Shown here: in pieces, positions 39,964-48,900 of the stretch | Layout of the letters: every line of letters begins with the position of its first letter | Position numbering within the stretch: the first letter of the stretch is position 1 | Virus record (IMG/VR): IMGVR_UViG_3300034197_000017 | Coordinates: 1-64,000 of that record | DNA: 64,000 nt | Reading direction: 5' to 3' (one strand) | Source of the DNA: a virus | Taxonomy: Duplodnaviria > Caudoviricetes | The notes under the pieces: model-generated | Told to the model about the DNA's origin: nothing | Databases searched by the model: none | Seen by the model: the letters and a program-made list of their open reading frames with translations, nothing else | Program-made: the position numbers and the translations under genes

Positions 39964-40332
39964 TTATCCTATTCTGCTATTCCAATAATCTCTACCCGTA
40001 GTCTCTAAAACAGGGTCATCAAACATTCTAGTGCTATGAGGAGGAGTAGAATTACCAGGTCTAGCTAGAAAACCTCCCATTGCAGACTGGTTTTGTTTTC
40101 CTCTAGATACAGACTTCAAATCCATAATCCCTAATTGCTGTTGTCTATTCTTATAGCCATTAGTTATAGACTTTAGTAATCCCTGTTTAGGAATTTCACC
40201 TCTAACAGCATTTGCCAATCCCTGAGCTACTATTCCAGTGTCATTTGCTACTCTATTCCAGAGCCAACTAGCTCCAGACTGATTAGGTAATGGAGCTGCA
40301 AAATCAGCATATTTTTGTTTGTTAATGAGCAT
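39964..40332 (-). CDS. basic Gly-rich protein with KYADF leader
   Basis: MLINKQKYADFAAP; directly downstream of the portal gene. Confidence 0.55.
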   Translation of the reverse strand: MLINKQKYADFAAPLPNQSGASWLWNRVANDTGIVAQGLANAVRGEIPKQGLLKSITNGYKNRQQQLGIMDLKSVSRGKQNQSAMGGFLARPGNSTPPHSTRMFDDPVLETTGRDYWNSRIG

Positions 40333-40371
40333 ATAAATTTAATATGTTTTTATATTTATATTCTCGCATAA

Positions 40372-41946
40372 TTAAGCATTAGCTGGGTAATCCTCTGTTT
40401 GTTGTTGTTGCATAGCCTGTTGTTGCATAGCTGGGTCAGTTAACATCTGTGCCTGCTGTTGTACCTGAATATCTGATAATTGGGTTTGTTTTATCTGATT
40501 TTGAATCTGGAGTAGCTCTAATTGAGATTGAACTTCCTTCTGTATTCTCTTATTAATCTCATCATTCTGCTTATCATTCTTATCTGTCTCAGTAAGAGCT
40601 GGTAAGCCTAGATTCTTACGAATTAGACCTAATACCTCAACGTCATTCATATCCAGAATCCCACTGGCAATTAGTGAGCTAATGGTGGATAGACGACTAT
40701 TGATGATATTTTGGTCTTCCTCTACATCAAAAATAAATTCTCCATAGTTATTCTTAAACCATTCAAAGGGGAAGTTGAAGTATAGTAACTTCTTAATTAC
40801 TTTTTTAGTTAATTCTTCCTTTAATAGCGTAGTAAGAGCAAAAATAGTACTATCAAATACAGATTTATAGTTCTGTGATAGTCCTACATTCTGCATTCCA
40901 TTCATTCCAGAGTCAAATATCCCCACAGGGACTCCGAAACTCATTTGAATGGCTCTATCCAGATAGTTCAGTACGTATTCCCAGAATCTCTCATCGTTCT
41001 GGACTTGAATTCTATTAATCTCAACATCAATATCTGTAACTACAAAATCCTTCTTATATAAGTCCTGTAGCTGGTAGTGAAGGGCTAACTGTTTGGTTAC
41101 TTCAATAGGTTTACCAGTATTGTCCTTCAGCGGTTGCATCTTGCTATCTACTAGCAACGTCCTACCACTATTGGGGGTTTTAGCGTGGATAATACCTGTG
41201 GAATTGTTCTTAGTGGCTAATGCTAGCTGAGTCAGGACAACTCTCTTGAGTTTATAGTAGTTATTTGCCGCAATTCCGTCACCTACACCAAATAATTCTT
41301 TTTCGTTAAATGTAATACCTGAATTATTAATTAAATGTAGACATTTCTTATATGGAATCTTAATTATATTTCCATTTCCATTGTCATATTCTATATAGTC
41401 TACTTTTCCACCTTTTCCACAAAAGGAATTTATCTTAGATGGGTCAAGGACATTAAATCTAGCTAATCTCCACTGTCCTCGATATCCTCTAATTTTAGAG
41501 GAGAATGTAACCTCTATAACACAGAATCCATAGAGGATGGTGTTAGATATAATCTTAAATAATGTTTGCTTAAAGGATTTTGATAAGGTTTCAATATTTG
41601 AGTTAACGAAGCTCTCAATTTCCTTCTTAGGGTGAGTATACTTACCAAAACTGGATACAGCTCTCAGTGCTTTCAATGCAACACATTTGGAGGCTACTGG
41701 GTCACGTTCAACCATATCTGTCAATTCCTTGATAGATGGTCTAGATTCCCCTGAAGGATAGGCTAGCTGAGTAATTGTAGTGCTAGTAAGAGCATTTATT
41801 TCTGTAGAGTACATCCCCTGTGCAAACACATTTAATGGTTGGGGGGTATTTTCAAATATCAACCTATCATTAGGTATTTTTGAACCATTCTTACTGTTCA
41901 AGTAAGAGTCGCTTAGTAAGTCTAATAAATCTGTATAATTAGCCAC
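40372..41946 (-). CDS. portal protein (Mu gp29/DUF935-like)
   Basis: 524 aa; ERDPVASKCV, ILYGFCVIE, clip region and LRKNLGLP-type tail; Gln-rich C-terminal coil. Confidence 0.8.
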   Translation of the reverse strand: MANYTDLLDLLSDSYLNSKNGSKIPNDRLIFENTPQPLNVFAQGMYSTEINALTSTTITQLAYPSGESRPSIKELTDMVERDPVASKCVALKALRAVSSFGKYTHPKKEIESFVNSNIETLSKSFKQTLFKIISNTILYGFCVIEVTFSSKIRGYRGQWRLARFNVLDPSKINSFCGKGGKVDYIEYDNGNGNIIKIPYKKCLHLINNSGITFNEKELFGVGDGIAANNYYKLKRVVLTQLALATKNNSTGIIHAKTPNSGRTLLVDSKMQPLKDNTGKPIEVTKQLALHYQLQDLYKKDFVVTDIDVEINRIQVQNDERFWEYVLNYLDRAIQMSFGVPVGIFDSGMNGMQNVGLSQNYKSVFDSTIFALTTLLKEELTKKVIKKLLYFNFPFEWFKNNYGEFIFDVEEDQNIINSRLSTISSLIASGILDMNDVEVLGLIRKNLGLPALTETDKNDKQNDEINKRIQKEVQSQLELLQIQNQIKQTQLSDIQVQQQAQMLTDPAMQQQAMQQQQTEDYPANA

Positions 41947-41996
41947 TGAAAATATCTATATACTTTAATTAATGCCTATATTATAACCTGCCTACA

Positions 41997-42773
41997 ATGA
42001 CTACTGAGAGCACTATTTTTAGATTGGATACTTATATCTATGCTTCACCTAGATATCATGCTTTTTCTAACCTAGAAACCTACATTCTTCCAAATAATTA
42101 CTCAAATTATGACAATACAAATAGAACCTACGATAAATACTTCCCTTGCTATGTACTTACTAGCTCTGATATCCCTACAATTCAGATTACAGACCAAGAA
42201 AATAAAATATCTGAGTTAAAGGGGGATATTGTCTTACAGCAAAAGACCCATAAGAAGAATGGTAAAAGAATAGGTAAAAAGACTAACCCAGATAGGCCAT
42301 TTAATTATGGATTAGAGGATAGGACAGTTTATTACTCGGAATTCAGCTCACCTAAACTCCATCCTGGATGGTCTATACTTCAAACAGCAGTAAAGACAGT
42401 AGATGATGTCACTACCTATACCCCTTATCTACTCATCAGAGCATTAGGAAATAATACCTCGTTAGAAAATTATTTTAGTACCGATGTGAAGGATTCAGAT
42501 ACCTCTATAGAGGATTATTCTATTGGGACTATTATAAAAAATAAGAAAAAATACTGGAAATGTATTGGGACTACCAAATCACTTCCTACTGGAACTACTG
42601 ACTCTAATTGGGAGCAAATTAATTTACCTACTAACGTATTTAATGCTGATGTCTATGGGGTAATGGGAAATAACATTAAATATATGAAACAGGTCACTAG
42701 TAAGAGAAAATTCAATCCTATTGGTGATACAACTCTAATTACTTGGAATGTTTCTTACTTTGAAAGTAGATAA
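41997..42773 (+). CDS. hypothetical protein
   Basis: 258-aa ORF, divergent from the portal gene. Confidence 0.7.
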   Translation: MTTESTIFRLDTYIYASPRYHAFSNLETYILPNNYSNYDNTNRTYDKYFPCYVLTSSDIPTIQITDQENKISELKGDIVLQQKTHKKNGKRIGKKTNPDRPFNYGLEDRTVYYSEFSSPKLHPGWSILQTAVKTVDDVTTYTPYLLIRALGNNTSLENYFSTDVKDSDTSIEDYSIGTIIKNKKKYWKCIGTTKSLPTGTTDSNWEQINLPTNVFNADVYGVMGNNIKYMKQVTSKRKFNPIGDTTLITWNVSYFESR

Positions 42774-42787
42774 ACACAGTAAAACCA

Positions 42788-42810
42788 GAGTTAGTAATTA
42801 ACTCTTTTCT
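42788..42810 (+). terminator. probable terminator between convergent genes
   Basis: GAGTTA-GTAAT-TAACTC hairpin plus TTTTCT; the U-tract is the start of a TTTTCTAACGGG motif copy. Confidence 0.5.
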
Positions 42811-42834
42811 AACGGGAAGAATATTGTATTTATT

Positions 42835-43740
42835 CTATGCTTGGGAGACTGAAAGATTATTTAGTTCACTTCTTCTTCTTCTCATAGAAGTAAGAGTATG
42901 TAGAGGTTCGTAGATATAGGTATGGAGTTTATATAGTAATCCATCTTTGATAAAGAATTTACCTAAGTCAGTACTATATTCTTCTCTCATCAATTCTCTA
43001 TCAATGAAGTTATCTTTGCTAGTGATTGCCAATCTAACCTTTTTAATAGAGCTTTTTCTTAATCTATTTTTAATAGTACTAGGATGTCTACCCAACTTGG
43101 CAGCAATCCCAGACTGAGAACATCCATATTTAAGAAATGAATAATCAGTCAGCATAGTAATCACTGAACCTAGCTTTTTAGTAATTTGAATAAACCCATT
43201 TACCCCTGTGCATAGTTCAGAGGGTGTATTATCTAAATTAATATCAGTCTTAGATTCAATATAAGAGTCTACCATAGCAAAAATCTTCTCTGGACTCTTA
43301 AGCTTCTTAAAGAAGTTCTTATATCCAGAGTTAATATATTTCTGTTTGGCGGCATTAATAGAACTAGCTTGTAGAGCTTGTGCTGTAATCTCAGTGGCTT
43401 GTAACTTAAGTGTTTTTAAGTCAGATACTAAAATCTCAGCAGTACTTCCCCAATTACTAATCCCGTAGTTAATACAGACATGGAGTAGACTTTGTAAATA
43501 TACAGTAACTCTATCTTTTTCTCTAATATAAGCTCTAAATAAGCCACCTTTTTTACCCTGATATAACCATTTTCTAACGGTTCTCTCAGAGACTTCTAAA
43601 GTGTTACTAATATCAGAGATAGAAAAGGTAGCCTTACCATTATCTGATAAAGCTCTACATACATACCAAAGTTTGCTGATAGAGCCAACCCTATCAGCAA
43701 TAATGCTATGTAATCTTACTCCTCTATCCCCTAATAACAC
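42835..43740 (-). CDS. DNA-binding protein with two HTH motifs (regulator or Rep-like)
   Basis: FSISDISNTLEVSERTVRKWL and SQSGIAAKLGRHPSTIKNRL. Confidence 0.65.
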   Translation of the reverse strand: MLLGDRGVRLHSIIADRVGSISKLWYVCRALSDNGKATFSISDISNTLEVSERTVRKWLYQGKKGGLFRAYIREKDRVTVYLQSLLHVCINYGISNWGSTAEILVSDLKTLKLQATEITAQALQASSINAAKQKYINSGYKNFFKKLKSPEKIFAMVDSYIESKTDINLDNTPSELCTGVNGFIQITKKLGSVITMLTDYSFLKYGCSQSGIAAKLGRHPSTIKNRLRKSSIKKVRLAITSKDNFIDRELMREEYSTDLGKFFIKDGLLYKLHTYIYEPLHTLTSMRRRRSELNNLSVSQA

Positions 43741-43758
43741 TTAATTTTAATTTATATT

Positions 43759-43968
43759 TTAGATATTACTGTACCTGCTATATAATACGATATCTTCTAG
43801 GGGAATGTCAAGAGTCCACTCTTCCCTACCTCTATGTGCCTGCTGAGCTTCAAAAAATAGATTTCTAGTTGTACTATCATAGATTTTTTTGATAAATTGC
43901 ATTTTTTCTTGGAAGTCTAGATAGTAATACTCCTCTTGTGGACTTTTAAGAATATTTAGAATTTCCAT
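43759..43968 (-). CDS. hypothetical protein
   Basis: 69-aa ORF overlapping the upstream stop. Confidence 0.55.
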   Translation of the reverse strand: MEILNILKSPQEEYYYLDFQEKMQFIKKIYDSTTRNLFFEAQQAHRGREEWTLDIPLEDIVLYSRYSNI

Positions 43969-45926
43969 GTTTTTACTATAGTTCCCTCTTCATCGTAAGA
44001 TGTGGCTAGACATTCGTTGTTAGTAGATATTGTAACATCTAGTAAGTCAGCATCCCAGAATCCATTAGGAAATAAATGAGGAGTATTAACTAAGTCTGCC
44101 TTCATATTGGGTGTAGGTTCTCTAACTATCACAGATTCTCCATCATTTACCCCTATATTTACCATCCCAATATTGATAGACTGTAATGCCCCTCCTCCAA
44201 GAGCACCAATCATTTCTGAATATAGTAACTGGTTGGATTGCTGTCTACTTAATTCATCATTACCTAACCCACCACCAGTAATAGACCCTCCTGTGTAGCC
44301 CGCTAGCTCCATTGCTGAGTCAGAGCCAAAACTCCTATCATAATAAGCTCCTGAAGCTCCTACATTGAATGGATTTAGCTCATAGTAATACACCCCATCA
44401 TGACCCATTAGAGGGGGATTTAGATATTGAATTAAAAACTGTAATCTACCTGAAACTATATTGAAAAATCCAGTTTGGGGGTTGGGTAAGGAATCCCAAG
44501 TAGTTACTACTTTATTCCTATCCTGATAGATTTGCCCTAAATCTAACATTTCCCCTATTTGAGCCTTAATTCCAGTACTTTTAGCGAGGCTATACCGTTT
44601 AGTGTCTCCATAAGGAGTAATGCTGAGCACTTTTCCGTAAGAAAACCAGAATTTATAGTAGTCAGAATAGTCATATCCCCTACTTCCTGCTGATGTCTGT
44701 ATCTCAAATGGATGGTTTATCTCACCCAGAGCTGAACCTAGCTCAATAGAGATGTAATTGGAGCTATTGAAGCTACTACAGAGGATAGGTATAGGTATTC
44801 CAGTAGCTTTAGCAGGTCTAATTACGTTAGTATCCATAGAAATGCTGGAGATGGATAGTCTAGCAGCATCTGTACCATAGTCAGGGGATTGGAAGGGGCT
44901 ATTTACCTTATAGTTAGTGTTTCCTACATAAGTAGCAGACCCTTTACTATATTCCTGTCTATTAACCTCTTGAATATCACCATTTTCTACCCTATAGGTC
45001 AAATCCAGTTGATAGGAGTGTGTTCTAGTAGTCTTTATCACTCCAGATGATAAAAACTCATTTAGGTCTGTTTTTTGATTAAACTCTCTAACTCTTTCAT
45101 TTAGTTTCAAACTACCTCTATTCCAAGTAAAGGAGGAGCTAGGGGTGATTGAGTAAGCTACTATACAAGAGTTTCCTGTCCCTTGAAACTCATTCCCAGC
45201 TACAATATATTCACTTTGTAAATAAGGTTTGACGTTAGAGAATACAGGAATCCTATCTAATGGATTTATATGAGATGCAGACCAAGTTCCCCCACCTAAA
45301 TATTTTAAGTTGGAAATATCAAAATTAAATTCAAAATAGCTACTCAAAGCACTGCTATCTAGGACGTAATCCAGTCTAGTAGCAGTATCTGGAGTTGAAT
45401 TATCAATATGATAGATTCTCCATTGTTGGGTAAATGAGCCATCAGGAGTAGTCTTTTTGCTAACGCTATGGCAACCAGTAATTATCCAATCATCCTTACC
45501 CTCTCCTGTAGCGATAACATACCATTGACATAAGGTAGATGGAGATTTGTAGATATAGACTGGTTTTTGAATTCCATACAAATCCTCATCTATAAAAACA
45601 CCGTATGTTTGATTTAAGTCATTTTCAGACAGTACTATAGGAGATGGGAAACTTACAGAGAATCCACTCCTAATTGCTGCTGCATTAACTCTAGTTTTTT
45701 GAGCTTCAATTTGAGCCTGAACTTCCTCGATAGAAAAGTTAGTAAGTTTTCTAACTGTTACTAACTTAAAGTCATGGTTTTTACTATCTTTTCTAGGGTT
45801 ACGTTTAGTGGTAATATCACTTCTGGTTAACGCTCTAGGATTCAGTAAAAATTCTTTATTGTCCTTGTCTCTCATATAGACAGAACCTGTATTGTCCTGT
45901 CTTAAGGTAGGTCTAATATCAGTCAT
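43956..45926 (-). CDS. putative tail structural protein
   Basis: 656 aa, beta-rich, co-oriented and tightly packed with the fibre genes. Confidence 0.5.
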   Translation of the reverse strand: MTDIRPTLRQDNTGSVYMRDKDNKEFLLNPRALTRSDITTKRNPRKDSKNHDFKLVTVRKLTNFSIEEVQAQIEAQKTRVNAAAIRSGFSVSFPSPIVLSENDLNQTYGVFIDEDLYGIQKPVYIYKSPSTLCQWYVIATGEGKDDWIITGCHSVSKKTTPDGSFTQQWRIYHIDNSTPDTATRLDYVLDSSALSSYFEFNFDISNLKYLGGGTWSASHINPLDRIPVFSNVKPYLQSEYIVAGNEFQGTGNSCIVAYSITPSSSFTWNRGSLKLNERVREFNQKTDLNEFLSSGVIKTTRTHSYQLDLTYRVENGDIQEVNRQEYSKGSATYVGNTNYKVNSPFQSPDYGTDAARLSISSISMDTNVIRPAKATGIPIPILCSSFNSSNYISIELGSALGEINHPFEIQTSAGSRGYDYSDYYKFWFSYGKVLSITPYGDTKRYSLAKSTGIKAQIGEMLDLGQIYQDRNKVVTTWDSLPNPQTGFFNIVSGRLQFLIQYLNPPLMGHDGVYYYELNPFNVGASGAYYDRSFGSDSAMELAGYTGGSITGGGLGNDELSRQQSNQLLYSEMIGALGGGALQSINIGMVNIGVNDGESVIVREPTPNMKADLVNTPHLFPNGFWDADLLDVTISTNNECLATSYDEEGTIVKTWKF

Positions 45927-45928
45927 AT

Positions 45929-48900
45929 TTAGCTAATAGGTAAAGGTAGGGTAGGTACATTAAAATCAGAAGTATATCTACAAACTCCCTTAGTTATTCT
46001 TAAACTCTGTAAATATCCTGTAAATCTACCAATACTATACCCTAAATCAAAATCGGTACTAAATCCCACATTCCTAATCTTATCTTCCTGCTTGCCATCT
46101 ATATATAAATAGGTATATTTAGTGGTATTACAAATTGCTATATGTATCCAGCTAAATGCATCTATATCTTCAGCTATAGCAGGCATAGAGTAAGCGTCAT
46201 TCTTATATAATCTAATCGAACTCTCATCTAATACATAATACAATTTAGGATTATTGGCATTGGTCAGTAACCCAGTCATTAATGTACCTGTTCCACCAGT
46301 AATAGAGTTATCTACTACACCATCCCCTCCACCACTAGGAGGAATTACTTTTTCTAACTGGTCTATATTTCCTACCTCTAAGTATTTCAACTCTACAACC
46401 CTATCTGTATAGGAATATAGTGGTTTAGTAAATTCTTCATCTAGAGCTACATCTAAGCTATAAACTAAGGCAGGATAATTATATTCCCATTCAGGAATAA
46501 ATCCTTTACTTCCAACTAGCTCAGTTTCTTTTAATTTTGGTGAATTTAGAGTAATACCACTGGATATGTCCAAAGTAGTTAGACTTCCATCAACTATCTT
46601 ATTCTTATATCCTGGAACATAGTTAGAAAAATTAGATAATGTCGAAATATCCAATAGATAGTTATCTGCCTCTGATACCTCACTCCAATTTATAGAGAAA
46701 CTATCAGTAGTGATATTACTTGCGGGTAAAGCAGTAGGATTATTTAACTTTAATATGCTTGATTTATTAATATATAGATAAAATTCTATGGTGTAGTCAA
46801 TGTTGTTAGGTAAATTTTGATTTAATGAGAAATTTATACTACTATTAACCCCATTGAAATATAAAGACTTAGCCAATCCAGATGGACTAGTTACAGTGCT
46901 TATCTCTACATTATTGACTGTAAGACCTATTCCATAATCAGATAAATCTACAATCGAATTGGAAGTAGGTTGAATCAGTAATAAAACATTATCCCAGCTA
47001 ACATCTGGACTATAGCTAGGTATGATTACATCTCTAGTAAGGGTATTACTGACTAGATTTGAATTACCAGCTAAATCCTCTATCTGACCAGCATCTATTT
47101 TTACCGATATCTCCCCATTGCTACTGCCTATAAGCTCTAAACTGTAGGAAATATCTGAGTACTTAATTAAATTACTAACGAATCCATTAGTAACAGTGAA
47201 ATTATCCACTGTAATACCTCTACAAGGCTCTGTAAGCCCTACTATTACTTCTATGTGAGGATTAGTATTGTTAGGTTCTAGTGTCGTTATAGAGACTTCT
47301 AGAGGGCTATTATCAACAAATACCTGACTATTATTTGTAGTCTGAGTAAATGTTGCATTAGGTATACCAGGTTGGTTAGAGATAGCGATGGAGAATGGTA
47401 TTTCTTGGTCTAAATCAGATTCTAATACTGTATAGGTAGCGGTATAGGAGTTATACTCCCCTACTGTAACTCCCACAGTAGAACCTAAAATATGAACTAC
47501 TGGAGTTTGAGCCAATGGCAGAATAGAAGTGAACTTAAGAGTTATAGTATCTCCAGTAATAGCTACAGAGGAAGTAGAGTTACTACTATAGATAGAGATA
47601 TAGCTTAATAATTCAGTCTCTTCTATAATATTCGGCATTACAGAATAAGGTAAAGAGGGAATATTAACTTGATAGGCAGTATATAGAGCCTTACCGTAAG
47701 TCAATCTAACGTTAGATAGGTAGTAGGCATTATCGTTAACTCTATTTGGATAATATCCTACATATAAATCCCCTTTAGTGATATCAATAGGGGTATCAGA
47801 TTGAATAATCTCCTGCCTTATCCCATTCCTATAGAATCTATAGGTATTTCCCTTCTTAGAGATAGCGAAATGAGGGTATTTTTGAATTTGACTATATGCA
47901 TTATTTGTCCACTCTACAAAAGTAGGTGTATCTATATCTTTAATGGTTATAGAGGAGAATATATTAGTAGAGTTACTTATAGTTCTCTGTACTCTTAGAT
48001 TTCCATCGTTAGCCACAATACAGAAGCCAGTAGATGCATTTTCTACCGAGAGTATATGTGATACTTTATTGTTTATTTTGCTATTAATTCTGAGATAGAA
48101 TTCAATAGTCCAGTCAGTTGATAGTTCTTCGGTAATTAGTGAACCGATAGAATCTAAATTATCGTACTTTAATCCTCCCTGCTCCAGTAAGGGGTTGACA
48201 TCTAAACTAGAGCTAGTACCTAGAGGATAGACCACGTTAGAAAACTGAGTGGTATTGGGTACTATTTCCTCTAACTCAAGTCTATTTGGACTGAAATCTC
48301 CATATAAGACACTAGTATTTAGAGGTAGCTGTAATATATCAAAGGATTCGCTGTAGATTCTTACTAACCTATTACTTTTTACTGACAATGTTCCAGTAGC
48401 TGTAATACCAGTACCTTCTAGAGCCTGTATTGTAATTACACCATCTTTAATCGGCTCTATAGTTACTTGGTATATATAATTACTTTCATCTATTATTCTG
48501 CTATCAACTAGGAATCCATTCGATATGCCAATATTTTCAGGATTAAACTCACTTATAGCCCCAATAAAACTAATAGTAACTATAAAGCTATTCCTAACAT
48601 AAGGATTACTTCCTGAAGTTAATACTGGTATAGGTGCTGCTTTATTAATTAAGTAAGTATCACCTTCAAAATTAAGTTCCCCTGATTGATTAGATATAAA
48701 GTTATTAGTACCTTTGTATTTAACAGTTTTTCTATCTAGGAAATTTAAGGTCAACGAACCGTTACCTATACCCGAATCTGCTACAACTCTATATTCGTAG
48801 TCAGATAGTTCAGTAATAGATGTCAAGGTAGCTCCACTGATACCATCCAATTGTACTAAGGTAAAGTCAGCTAAGACCAAGGAATCTACTGGGTTATTGA

